DNA of 64,000 nt, taken from Polyangiales bacterium (GTDB lineage Bacteria > Myxococcota_A > Polyangia > Polyangiales > Ga0077539). The stretch is from assembly GCA_044229975.1 (NCBI GenBank), contig JBGARZ010000003.1, positions 512,001-576,000 on the forward strand, in the 5' to 3' direction. The translations under genes and the position numbers were made by a program. Position 1 is the first letter of the stretch, and each line of letters starts with the position of its first letter. Below are positions 8,708 to 18,479 of this stretch, in pieces. A model generated the notes under the pieces. The model did not search any database and was not told the origin of the DNA. It worked only from the letters and a program-made list of their open reading frames with translations.

Positions 8708-10057
8708 TCAGGCGGCGCCGCGCGGATCGACCACGCGACCCATGAAGAGCACCGCGCTGGTGGTGGTGTCGCGGATCACGAACACGAAGGGGTGGTCGAC
8801 CACGAAGGGCGTCGCGACCGGGGGCATTCCTCCGCCGCGCATCATCACGACGGCGGTGGCGGCGGCGGCTTCGGTTCCGGCTTCGTTGACCTCGACGAAG
8901 ACCTTGTGGAAGGCGTCGGAAATGACCAATCGGTCAGCGGGGGTCGGCGGGTTGGCGATGCCGGTGAAGTCGGCGCGCTCGGCGTCGAAGGCGATGGTCA
9001 TCCCGAGCGCACGGAAGGCGTCGCGCAGACCGATGGAGGGAGTCTCGACGCGAAAGCGCGGCAGGCGAAGGGAGACCTGGGCAGGCGCGAGCGCGGCGAA
9101 GGTCGACGTGAGGCGCGCGGCGGTGAGCGACGACTCCATCGCGGCCACGCCGTTGCGGGCGTCGGGCAGGAGGATGTCCATGGCGAGCTGGTCGCCGCGG
9201 TAGGGGATCTCGACGACCTTGAAGCCCGGACCGGTCGCCGTGCGAAGGCTCGCCGCGCGGCTCATGGTGGGCAGCGGGGTGGAGGTGGTTCCGTTGACGA
9301 AGAAGGCGTCGTCGCGCGTGGCGTGGGCGGGGAAGGCGGTCTCCCACGGCGCGCGGAGGTACATCGCGTTGACCAGGATGAGCCGCGTGTCGGGGGTGAC
9401 GGCGGGCGCCGGGAGCAGGTCGCGGATCTTGTCCATGGTCTGCTCGGCGACCCAGGCGTTGATGTGCTGTCGGGCCTCGGCGGACTGGGTGAAGTCGGTG
9501 CGTTCGAGCGGCGCGGCGAAGGCCGAGCGGGTGAGCGCCAGGTAGGGCTCCTCGAAGGTGTAGCGGGTGTGGCCGAAGAGGCGGTTGGCGACGCGTGCGG
9601 TGACGCCCTCACCGAGCTGACCGTTGAAGCGAGCGGACAGCGCACCGAGCGCGGCGGCCTGGCGCGGGGCGTCGAGTCCCGAGTGAAGAACACGGCGCAT
9701 CTCGGCGAGGGTGTCGCCGCGGGCACCCGCTTCGGTCATGCCGAAGGCGAGCGCGATGCTGCCGGGGGCGAGCGCGACGTTGCCGGGCTGCGTGCGAACG
9801 CGAGCGTAGAGGTCGAGCCCGAGCTGGTTGAGCCCCTGGGCGGCGGCGCGTTGATCGTCCATGGTGGACTCCGTCGAAGGGGCCGCGGGGGGCGGCGCGG
9901 TCGGGTTGACGGGGGACTCGACGACGGCGCGCGGAGGCGGGAGCGCGGGCGACGCGGTGCCTTCGGGGGCGACGGGCGGCGGCGACGACGGCGGGCGCGA
10001 TGACTGGCAGGCCGCGAGCGCGAGGGAGAGCGCGAGCGGAGCGATGGGGGTTTTCAT
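8708..10057 (-). CDS. Serpin (serine protease inhibitor), lipoprotein
   Basis: LAAC lipobox; INAWVAEQT, LILVNAMYLRAPW, EVNEAGTEAAAATA hinge, FVVDHPFVFVIRD, LFMGRV. Confidence 0.95.
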   Translation of the reverse strand: MKTPIAPLALSLALAACQSSRPPSSPPPVAPEGTASPALPPPRAVVESPVNPTAPPPAAPSTESTMDDQRAAAQGLNQLGLDLYARVRTQPGNVALAPGSIALAFGMTEAGARGDTLAEMRRVLHSGLDAPRQAAALGALSARFNGQLGEGVTARVANRLFGHTRYTFEEPYLALTRSAFAAPLERTDFTQSAEARQHINAWVAEQTMDKIRDLLPAPAVTPDTRLILVNAMYLRAPWETAFPAHATRDDAFFVNGTTSTPLPTMSRAASLRTATGPGFKVVEIPYRGDQLAMDILLPDARNGVAAMESSLTAARLTSTFAALAPAQVSLRLPRFRVETPSIGLRDAFRALGMTIAFDAERADFTGIANPPTPADRLVISDAFHKVFVEVNEAGTEAAAATAVVMMRGGGMPPVATPFVVDHPFVFVIRDTTTSAVLFMGRVVDPRGAA

Positions 10058-10135
10058 GGGGCGTCGGATGATCGACCCCGGGCGGACCTTGGCGCAACCG
10101 ACGACGCCGTCCTTGGGGCGTACGCTGCGGGCGAG

Positions 10136-11665
10136 ATGAACCCACGCGACGAGCTCGACCGGCGGATGCAGCGGCCGCAGCGACACAGGCTGCTCCAGGG
10201 GTACCCGGCGTTTCCACTGATGCGCAGCGCGACCGGGACCGCGTACCCGCTGCACCTCCGCGCGCCCGACGGCGGCGTGCGGCGCATCGATCGGGAACAC
10301 CACTGGCACATCCCCGAGCCCGAGCCCGCGGTCGCCCTCGACGAGCCGCACATCACCGTCGACCGCGCGCGACCACTCCTCGTGGGCGTGCTGCCTCACA
10401 CACAATGTTGTCCGCGCGTGGAGGGCTGCGGGTTCTGCACCTTTCCCCACGACGCGCCGAACAAGGCAGCGCGCCGACGGGTCGCGACGAGCGTGGCGAC
10501 CAGCATCCACGAGCTCCATCGACACCCCGATGCGCTGGACGGGCGTCGCGTGGCGGCGATGTACCTCGGCGGCGGCACCGCCAACCTGTCGCCCGTGGGA
10601 GAGCTCGACGAGCTCTTCCGCGCGGTGTCGACCTACGCGCGAACGGCCGACGCGGAGGTGACGTTGGAGGGGGTTCCGTCGCTCTTCACGTCGTGGCTGT
10701 ACGCGCCGCTCCGCTGGCTCGAAGGGCTCCCGGTGCGATCGCGGCGCATCAGCATGGGGGTGCAGAGCTTCGACCCGAAGCAGATCGAGCGCATGGGGCG
10801 CTCGGCCTTCGGCGACCGGCGCACCGTCGAGGGCCTCGTCCGCCGCGCGCAGTCGGGCGGCATCGCGACCTCCTGCGACCTGCTCTTCAACCTACCGTTC
10901 CAGACGCGCGCGGGGATGCTCGACGATGTCACCCAGGCAATCGAGACGGGCCTCGATCAGGTCTGCCTCTACCACCTCGTTCTCTACGAGGGCCTCGGCA
11001 CGCCCTGGTCCAAGGACCCGTCGCTCCTCGCCGCGCTGCCGTCGACCGAGGCGGCCGTGGACAACTGGCTCGCGCTCCGCGAGGCGCTCCTCGCCGCGGG
11101 CTTCGTCCAGACCACGCTCACCAACTTCGAGCGCCACGACGCGCACGAGAGCCGACGACGCTTCCTCTACGAAGAGGCGAGCTTCACGCCAGAGACCTAC
11201 GACGCGCTCGGCGTCGGCCCGCTGTCGGTGTCGACCTTCATCGACCTGGCCTCACGACGCGCCGTGAAGCTCGCGCGAGCCAAGGGCGTGGGGGCGCTGC
11301 CGTGGTCCATCGACGACCTCTCGTTCAACTACGACGAGACCGACGTCTCGCTGCTGTTCTTCACGCGCATGCTCGCGCGCACCGAGCTGTCGCGCGCGGC
11401 GTGGCGGCGGGTCTTTGGTCGGGACGTCACCGTCGACCACGGAGCCGCCATCGAGGCATGCACCGAGCGGGGGCTCGTGACGCTCGACGACGACGGCTTG
11501 AGGCTGACGCCGCGAGGGATGTTCTTCGCCGACGCCGTGACGGGCACGGCGAGCGCCGCGCGGGTGGCCGAGCTGCGCGCGGAGGCGCACGGTGTTCACA
11601 CCAACGACGCGCTGTCGGCGCCGATGACGATGGGCGGCGGGATCCGCTACGTCGGGATGGGTTGA
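10136..11665 (+). CDS. HemN/HemW-like radical SAM protein
   Basis: CPRVEGCGFC cluster motif, YLGGGT, RISMGVQSF, DLLFNLPFQT, C-terminal LRLTPRGMFFAD (HemN_C-like). Confidence 0.85.
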   Translation: MNPRDELDRRMQRPQRHRLLQGYPAFPLMRSATGTAYPLHLRAPDGGVRRIDREHHWHIPEPEPAVALDEPHITVDRARPLLVGVLPHTQCCPRVEGCGFCTFPHDAPNKAARRRVATSVATSIHELHRHPDALDGRRVAAMYLGGGTANLSPVGELDELFRAVSTYARTADAEVTLEGVPSLFTSWLYAPLRWLEGLPVRSRRISMGVQSFDPKQIERMGRSAFGDRRTVEGLVRRAQSGGIATSCDLLFNLPFQTRAGMLDDVTQAIETGLDQVCLYHLVLYEGLGTPWSKDPSLLAALPSTEAAVDNWLALREALLAAGFVQTTLTNFERHDAHESRRRFLYEEASFTPETYDALGVGPLSVSTFIDLASRRAVKLARAKGVGALPWSIDDLSFNYDETDVSLLFFTRMLARTELSRAAWRRVFGRDVTVDHGAAIEACTERGLVTLDDDGLRLTPRGMFFADAVTGTASAARVAELRAEAHGVHTNDALSAPMTMGGGIRYVGMG

Positions 11666-13480
11666 TCAGAACGCTTCGACGGGCAGCGCCATGACATCCA
11701 TCGCGCTGCGCTCGACCATCGCGCGGGCGTGCGAGACGTTGGGCAGCACCTCGCGGCAGAAGAAGCGCGCCGACGCGATCTTGCCGTCGTAGAAGGCCCG
11801 CTCGTCGCCATCGGTTCCCTCGCGCTTCGCGACGGCCACGGCAGCGTGGCGCACGAGCAACCACGCGAGCACGGTCTCCGCGGTCGCCATCAGGATGCGG
11901 TTGCCCTGCAACCCGACGTGGTGAACCGACTCGGCCACCTTGCCCATCATCCCCATGTAGATCGCCTGGAGGTCGTCGAGCGCCGTCGCGAGAAGCGCGC
12001 GCTCGGCCAGCAGCGCGCCGCCGCCCTCTTCAATATCGATGGTGTTCTTGACGCGCTCGAAGAGGCCGCTGAGCGTCGCGCCGCCGTCGCGGGCGACCTT
12101 GCGGAAGAAGAGGTCGAGCGCCTGGATGTGGGTCGTCCCCTCGTAGACCGAGTCGACCTTCTGGTCGCGGATGTACTGCTCGATGGGCCAGTCCTGCACG
12201 TAGCCCGAGCCGCCGAAGCACTGGAGCGAGACGCCCAGCAGTTCGTAGCAACGCTCGGAGTTGAAGCCCTTCACCAGCGGCAGCAGCAGGTCGTTGAGCC
12301 GGTCGAGCTCCTTGGTCTTGCCGTGGCCGCCGCCGAGCTCGATCTCGTCCTGCAACGAGGCGACCCACAGCGCGAGCGCGCGCATCCCCTCGGCGTGGCT
12401 CTTCTGGAGCAGCAGCATCCGCCGGACATCAGCGTGCGCGATGATCGGAACGCGCGGCGAGTCCTTCTCCGCGGCGCGCGTGAGGTCGGGGCCCTGCACG
12501 CGGTCCTTCGCGTAGGAGAGCGCGTTGAGGTACGCGGTGGAGAGCGTGGAGAGGGACTTCATCCCCACCGCCATGCGCGCCTGCTCGATGACGTGGAACA
12601 TCTGCCGGATGCCGTCGTGCACCTCGCCCACGAGCAGGCCGCGCGCGGGGACGTCGCCGCCGTACTCGATCTCGCAGGTTACGCTCGCCTTGAGCCCCAT
12701 CTTCTTCTCGATGTTGGTGCACCTCCAGCCGTTGCGCTCGCCGATCGAGCCGTCCTCGTTGACCCAGAACTTGGGCACGATGAAGAGCGACAGACCCTTG
12801 GTGCCGACGGCGCCGCCCTCGGGGCGCGCGAGCACCAGGTGCACGATGTTGTCGACCGAGTCGTAGTCGCCGTTGGTGATGAAGCGCTTGGTGCCTTCGA
12901 TCTCCCACACGTCGTCCTTCACGTGCCGCGCGCGCGCCCGGCCCGCGCCGACGTCGCTGCCCGCGTCGGGCTCGGTGAGCACCATCGCCGCGCCCCAACG
13001 CTGGTCGATCATCTGCGGGAGGTAGCGGGCCTTCTGCGAGGCGGTGCCGAGCCGGTCGATGACCCGGCTCATGAAGTTGCCAAACAGGTAGAACGCCGAC
13101 GCCGGGTTGGACCCCACCACCATCTCGAAGGACGCCCACACCAGCGACGGCGGAGCCCCGACGCCGCCGAGGTGCTGCGGGATCTCGAAGAGGTGCCAAC
13201 CGCCGTCGCCGTAGGCCGCCATGGAGCGCTTGAGCGAGTCGGGCAGCCGCACCACGCCGTCGGCGCCGAGCACCGGAGGCTCACGATCGGACGCCGCGAA
13301 GGAGGGCGCGAGGTCGTTGACGCAGGCCCGCTCGTGCTGGCGCAGCGTCTCGCGCGCGGTCGCCTCGTCGAGCCCCGTGAAGGGCCCGTGGCCCAGCACC
13401 CGGTTGCCCACGTCGAGGAACTCGAAGAGGTTGAAGAAGGTGTCGCGAATGTTCGACCGGTAGTGATTCACCATGCTCAT
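11666..13480 (-). CDS. Acyl-CoA dehydrogenase (long, ~600 aa type)
   Basis: MVLTEPDAGSDVG, GTKRFIT, KGLSLFIVPK, EKKMGLKAS, GGSGY, YEGTTHIQALD. Confidence 0.95.
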   Translation of the reverse strand: MSMVNHYRSNIRDTFFNLFEFLDVGNRVLGHGPFTGLDEATARETLRQHERACVNDLAPSFAASDREPPVLGADGVVRLPDSLKRSMAAYGDGGWHLFEIPQHLGGVGAPPSLVWASFEMVVGSNPASAFYLFGNFMSRVIDRLGTASQKARYLPQMIDQRWGAAMVLTEPDAGSDVGAGRARARHVKDDVWEIEGTKRFITNGDYDSVDNIVHLVLARPEGGAVGTKGLSLFIVPKFWVNEDGSIGERNGWRCTNIEKKMGLKASVTCEIEYGGDVPARGLLVGEVHDGIRQMFHVIEQARMAVGMKSLSTLSTAYLNALSYAKDRVQGPDLTRAAEKDSPRVPIIAHADVRRMLLLQKSHAEGMRALALWVASLQDEIELGGGHGKTKELDRLNDLLLPLVKGFNSERCYELLGVSLQCFGGSGYVQDWPIEQYIRDQKVDSVYEGTTHIQALDLFFRKVARDGGATLSGLFERVKNTIDIEEGGGALLAERALLATALDDLQAIYMGMMGKVAESVHHVGLQGNRILMATAETVLAWLLVRHAAVAVAKREGTDGDERAFYDGKIASARFFCREVLPNVSHARAMVERSAMDVMALPVEAF

Positions 13481-13573
13481 AGGGCGCCGATCGTATCGCG
13501 ATCGGGACTCTACGGAATGCCTGTTCCGCCGCGGGTCGTGTAGAGTCGGACGTCACCTGGGAGGTCACGTGTG

Positions 13574-16129
13574 ATGCGACGATCAACGCTGTTGCTGGGC
13601 CTGTGCGGCCTCGCCGTCACGGGGTGTCTCGACGACCTGTTCAACACCCATGACGCGGGCGGTCTCGCCGGTCAGGGATCGGGGCTCGGGGTCGCCTGCG
13701 AGCGCGACGACCAGTGCCGCTCGGGGCTCCGGTGCGACGCCACCGCCCGCACCTGCGCGACGCGCGGCGACGCGGCGGCGGGGACGAGCTGCCTGCTTAC
13801 GGGCGAGTGCGGGCCGGGGCTCTACTGCTCCGCCGCGGGACTGTGCGCGACCGCCGGCAGCGCCGCGGCGGCCGAGACCTGCGGCGACACGGCGAGCTGC
13901 CAGCGCGGCCTCGTGTGCGTTCGCCTCGCGGGCGAGCTCTTCGGGCTGTGCCAGTCCCCACGCGGCGCGACCGTCGCGACGGGTGATGGCGGCGCACCCG
14001 CCGACGGCGGATCGAGCGGCGCAACCCAACCGAGAGACGTGGGCGGCGCCTGCACCGACCTGCTCGACTGCCAGGCGGGCCTCGACTGCGATCCGACGGC
14101 GCGCACCTGCTTCTCCCCTCGCCTCGCAGCGGCCGCGGCGGCGGGTCGCGACGGCGGCCTTCCAGGGCTCTGGCCGGGCGAGCGCTGCACCGCCGACGAA
14201 GAGGGCCCGGTGCGAGCGTACTTCGAGGTTCCCGCGATGGACGGAACGCCCCCGCACGACTTCTTCCGTCTCCCCTTTCCCAACGACGTGCGCCGCGACC
14301 CGGCCACCGGGCGCGTCAACCTCACGGGCTTTCCCCACCCGGGCACCGCGCTGCTCGGCTTCGACCTGATGGACCGTTACCTGCGCGCCATCGAGCGCTC
14401 GGTCGACGGCTTCGGCACCAACTCCTTCGCGTACTTCCGCTTCTCGGGGCGGCTCGACTTCGCGACGCTGCGCCTCAACGAGACCATCCGCCTCGTTGAC
14501 CTCACCACGGGTCAGCCCACGCTCAGCATCGGCTTCGGCGCCAACACCGCGGGCAACCGCTACCTCTGCGGCAACCCCGTGCTCGTCGACACCGGCCACG
14601 GCGCGCCCATGGAGCCGGGGCACACGTACTCGGCGTTCTTCTTGAGTGGGGTGCGCGACTCGATGGGGCGGCCCGTGGAGCGTGACCCGGACTTCTCGTT
14701 GATGATGGCCGAGGCCGCGCCCGCCGACCCCGCCAAGGCCCGCGCCCACGCCGCGTTTGCGCCGCTCCGGCGGTACCTCACCGCGCAAAACATCGACCCC
14801 GCGACGGTCATCGTGGCGACGGTGTTCACCACGCAGCAGCCCCGGCGCATCGTCCCGGCGTTGCGCGAGGCGGTGCGTGCAGCCGCGGCGCCAGTGCCCG
14901 CGGGCTTCGTGCGCTGCGACACCGGCGTGGTGTCACCGTGCGACGACGGGCTCACCGGCGCCGATCATGTGCGCGGCTGCATCGGCGCGGCCGACCCCGC
15001 GTTCGACGAGCTGCAAGGAACCATCGAGATCCCGTACTTCCAGGCAGGCGCGCGGCCCTATCGCGAGCCCGGCAGCGGCGCCATTCCGACGGACGGGACG
15101 GGGCGCCCGATGGCGCAGGGCACCGAGCGGGTGTGCGTGAGCATCACGGTCCCGCGGGGCGGAGAAATCCCGACGGGCGGATGGCCCACGGTGCTCTACG
15201 CGCACGGCACGGGCGGGAGCTTTCGCAGCGTCGTCACCGAAGGGTTGTCGCGCTCGCTCGCGGGCGTCGACGTCGGGGGCGGGACGACGGTGCGCTTCGC
15301 GACGGTGGGCTTCGACGGCGTGATGCACGGCGCGCGTCGCGGGATGGGCGTGACCACGCCGCCCGACCAGGCGTTTTTCAACTTCGCCAACCCGGAGGCG
15401 GCGCGCGACAACATCCTCCAGGGGAGCGCGGACGTCTTCGCGATGGTTCGCGCGCTGTCGACGGCGACGCTCCCGATGCTGCCGCGCGAGGGGCAGACGG
15501 TGCGCTTCGACCCGCGGCGGATCTTCTTCTTCGGCCACTCGCAGGGCTCGACGGTCGGCCTGCCCGCGGCGGTGTACGAACCCGACATCGCGGGGATGGT
15601 GTTTTCGGGCGCGGGCGGTGACTTGCGGCTCTCGCTGACCAACAAGGTGCGCCCCATCGACATCGCGTCGCTCGTCCCGGTGGTGCTGCAAGACCCCGAC
15701 GGGCGCAGCGCGGCGCACCCGGCGCTCAACGTGTTGCAGATGTTCTTCGAGCGCAGTGATGCCGTGAACTATGGGCGCCTCGCGCTGCTCGACCGGCCCA
15801 TGGGGATGGCCGCGCGCCCGGTGGTGATGACCTACGGGCTCGGCGACTCGTACTCGCCGCCCGCGACCATGCGCACCGTCGCGAGCACCCTCGGCGCACC
15901 CACCGCCGGAACCATCCCCGGCGGCATGAACGCCTGGCCGCCGGCCCCCGCCATGGGCCTTCCCTTCCCGGTGATGAACAACCTCAACGGCGCCACCGCC
16001 GCGCTGCTCCAGGTCGACCCGGGCAGCGCGTACGACGGGCACTTCGTGGTGTTCCGTGACGCCGAGCTCAACGCGCGTGTGCTGCGCTTCCTGGCCACTG
16101 CGGCGCAGGGCGCGGCCGTCATCCGCTGA
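13574..16129 (+). CDS. Large lipoprotein: Cys-rich N-terminal repeats plus C-terminal alpha/beta hydrolase
   Basis: VTGC lipobox; repeated C..D..C..GL.C units; LPFPND; YAHGTGG oxyanion region; GHSQG nucleophile elbow; GLGDSY and GHF candidate Asp/His. Confidence 0.8.
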   Translation: MRRSTLLLGLCGLAVTGCLDDLFNTHDAGGLAGQGSGLGVACERDDQCRSGLRCDATARTCATRGDAAAGTSCLLTGECGPGLYCSAAGLCATAGSAAAAETCGDTASCQRGLVCVRLAGELFGLCQSPRGATVATGDGGAPADGGSSGATQPRDVGGACTDLLDCQAGLDCDPTARTCFSPRLAAAAAAGRDGGLPGLWPGERCTADEEGPVRAYFEVPAMDGTPPHDFFRLPFPNDVRRDPATGRVNLTGFPHPGTALLGFDLMDRYLRAIERSVDGFGTNSFAYFRFSGRLDFATLRLNETIRLVDLTTGQPTLSIGFGANTAGNRYLCGNPVLVDTGHGAPMEPGHTYSAFFLSGVRDSMGRPVERDPDFSLMMAEAAPADPAKARAHAAFAPLRRYLTAQNIDPATVIVATVFTTQQPRRIVPALREAVRAAAAPVPAGFVRCDTGVVSPCDDGLTGADHVRGCIGAADPAFDELQGTIEIPYFQAGARPYREPGSGAIPTDGTGRPMAQGTERVCVSITVPRGGEIPTGGWPTVLYAHGTGGSFRSVVTEGLSRSLAGVDVGGGTTVRFATVGFDGVMHGARRGMGVTTPPDQAFFNFANPEAARDNILQGSADVFAMVRALSTATLPMLPREGQTVRFDPRRIFFFGHSQGSTVGLPAAVYEPDIAGMVFSGAGGDLRLSLTNKVRPIDIASLVPVVLQDPDGRSAAHPALNVLQMFFERSDAVNYGRLALLDRPMGMAARPVVMTYGLGDSYSPPATMRTVASTLGAPTAGTIPGGMNAWPPAPAMGLPFPVMNNLNGATAALLQVDPGSAYDGHFVVFRDAELNARVLRFLATAAQGAAVIR

Positions 16130-17543
16130 CCGCTACGGTCGCCTCTTCGCCGAGCACGTCCACCACCCGCACCACCACCGCCGCTCCGGGCTCGATGACC
16201 ACCGTCGTCGGCAGCGCCCCCTTGCCCTCGCGTCGCACGGCACAGCGCGCGCGAAACACCCGCCCGTCGTGGTCGGTGTCGACGAGCCAGTAGTCGACCC
16301 ACGACGACCAGTGCGCGACCTCGGGCAGCCCGCTCGGTGCATCCGCCGCGAAGTCCGTGAGCTCGATGGAGGTCACGCCGTCGACCGACACCCTGCGCGC
16401 GCTCGCTCGTCGCGACGTCGGTGGCACTGCCTCGCGAACATCCACAAGCGTCCACGGACCCGCGTCTGCGAGTCCCACCAATCGGCGTCGTGTGGTGGCG
16501 ATGGCCGCGTCGCCGACGTCCACCGCGACCCAGCGGCGACCGAGCTTCGCGGCGACGGCCGCCGTGGTTCCGCTGCCGCTGAAGCAGTCGAGCACGCGGT
16601 CGCCCGGTCGGGTCGCCCATCGAACGATGCGCTCCAGCAAGCCTTCGGGCTTCTGCGTGTCGTAGCCCATGTCCTCGCTCTTGGGGCGGTGACGCAGCGG
16701 GCGCACCTCCGCGTCGTCCCAGAGCGTGTCGATGGGCTGGTCCTTGTACCAACGGCCGTCGTCGCCACGCCGCAGGAAGTACTTGATGGCCACGCGACCC
16801 GTCGGCGAGTCGTGCACCCTGCCCTCTTCGCGCAGTCGCGCGATGCTCGCGTCGGTGTAGTCGCCGCGCGGCGCCGTCGTGAACCACAGCGCGCGAGTCT
16901 CGTCCCACTGCGCGCCCGACGGCTTGCCCTTCGCGTCGAGCGCCACCGGATCACTGCGCCGCGGAGCCTCGCCGCGCAGGGGCGTGGCCGGGTTGCGCGA
17001 GTAGACCAGGATGGTGTCGAGGGTGCGCCCGAGCTGCCGCGACGCCGCCTGCCGACCGAGGTTGGGCGCGCGTCGCCAGGCGATCTCGTTGCGGAAGCAC
17101 TGCGGTCCGAGGAGCTCGTCGAGCATCACGCGGAGGTAGGCGTTGGCGCGCCAGTCACAGTGCACGAAGAGGACGCCGTCGTCGGCGAGCAGGTCGCGCA
17201 GCAGCACCAGCGTGTCCGACATGAACGCGAGGTACGCATCGATGCCGTGGCCCCAGGTGTCGCGGTAGGCGGTGCGCCGCATGGTGGTGCCGTCGTCGAG
17301 GCGACGGGTGGCGTCGAAGCGGCTGCCGGTGTCGAAGGGCGGGTCGATGTAGACGGCGTGGACGGTTCCCGCGTGGGTGGGGAGCAGCGCCGCGAGGGCG
17401 CGGCAGCGGTCGCCGACGATGAGCAACGATGGGTCGTCGGTGGGGGTGCCGTGGTGCTCGCGGGGGACGAGAGCGACGGGGTCACGCGGAGGGGTGACGC
17501 GCTGGCCGTCGCGGTGTTTGCCTCGCCAGATGAGCTCGGTCAT
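16119..17543 (-). CDS. Site-specific DNA methyltransferase (N6-A/N4-C, beta class, Mod-like), orphan
   Basis: VYIDPPF motif IV before YDTQKPEGLLERI and LDCFSGSGTT (motif I); FRNEIAW. Confidence 0.92.
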   Translation of the reverse strand: MTELIWRGKHRDGQRVTPPRDPVALVPREHHGTPTDDPSLLIVGDRCRALAALLPTHAGTVHAVYIDPPFDTGSRFDATRRLDDGTTMRRTAYRDTWGHGIDAYLAFMSDTLVLLRDLLADDGVLFVHCDWRANAYLRVMLDELLGPQCFRNEIAWRRAPNLGRQAASRQLGRTLDTILVYSRNPATPLRGEAPRRSDPVALDAKGKPSGAQWDETRALWFTTAPRGDYTDASIARLREEGRVHDSPTGRVAIKYFLRRGDDGRWYKDQPIDTLWDDAEVRPLRHRPKSEDMGYDTQKPEGLLERIVRWATRPGDRVLDCFSGSGTTAAVAAKLGRRWVAVDVGDAAIATTRRRLVGLADAGPWTLVDVREAVPPTSRRASARRVSVDGVTSIELTDFAADAPSGLPEVAHWSSWVDYWLVDTDHDGRVFRARCAVRREGKGALPTTVVIEPGAAVVVRVVDVLGEEATVAVSG

Positions 17544-17588
17544 GGGGTGAGGTCTCCGCGAAGCTCAGTCCCACCCGTCGCCCCGCCG

Positions 17589-18467
17589 CTAGATCTTGAC
17601 CGAGAGGAAGAGCTTCGTGAGGAAGAAGTCGGCGACGAGCACGGCGATGGCCGACGCCACCACGGTGCGCGTGGTGGAGCGCCCGACGCCCTCGGTGCCG
17701 CCGCGGGTCTGCATGCCGTAGTAGCAGCCGATGATGGCGATGGTGATGCCGAAGAACGGCGACTTCCCCAGGCCCGACATGAAGTCCTGCATGTTGATGG
17801 ACTCCAGCGCGGTGCGGAAGAAGAAGCCCATCGGCGTGTCGAACTGCAACCGCGCCACCACCATCGCGCCGGTGAAGCCCACGACATCGGCGAAGATGGT
17901 GAGCACCGGCATCAGGATGAGGCAGGCCATGAGCCGCGGCACCACGAGCTTCTTCACCGGGTCGGCGCCCAGCGCGCGGATGGCGTCGACCTGCTCGGTG
18001 ACCGCCATGGAACCGATCTCGGCGGCCATGCCCGAGCCGATGCGCGACCCCACCACGAGGGCCGTGAGCGCCGGGGCGAGCTCACGGGTGATGGAGAGCC
18101 CGATGACGCGACCCACGTAGTCGGTGGCGCCGAAGCGCTCCAGGCCGAACGCGAACTGCACGGTCATCACCATGCCGACGAACATCGCCGTGAGCAGCGC
18201 GATGGTGACCGAGCGGATGCCGAGCGACTCGAGCTGGTAGATGATCTCCTTGAGCTCGAAGGGGCGGGCGAAGGTAGCGAAGACCGCGTCGCGCAGCAGG
18301 AAGCCCATGCCACCGAGGTCGTCGAGGGACTCCTTGGAGCGCTCGACGTACTTCACCCACGGGCTCACCGGCGGCAGCCGGATGGGCGGCAGCATCGAGG
18401 CACGGGCGCCGGGGATGAGCGACGGGCGCTCGGGCGCGGCGTTGGGATCGGCGGGAGGGCGGGGCAT
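17589..18467 (-). CDS. mlaE: MlaE family ABC transporter permease
   Basis: RELAPALTALVVGSRIGSGMAAEIGSMAVTEQVDAIRALGADP, GGTEGVGRSTT. Confidence 0.9.
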   Translation of the reverse strand: MPRPPADPNAAPERPSLIPGARASMLPPIRLPPVSPWVKYVERSKESLDDLGGMGFLLRDAVFATFARPFELKEIIYQLESLGIRSVTIALLTAMFVGMVMTVQFAFGLERFGATDYVGRVIGLSITRELAPALTALVVGSRIGSGMAAEIGSMAVTEQVDAIRALGADPVKKLVVPRLMACLILMPVLTIFADVVGFTGAMVVARLQFDTPMGFFFRTALESINMQDFMSGLGKSPFFGITIAIIGCYYGMQTRGGTEGVGRSTTRTVVASAIAVLVADFFLTKLFLSVKI

Positions 18468-18479
18468 CGAGGAGGGGCC

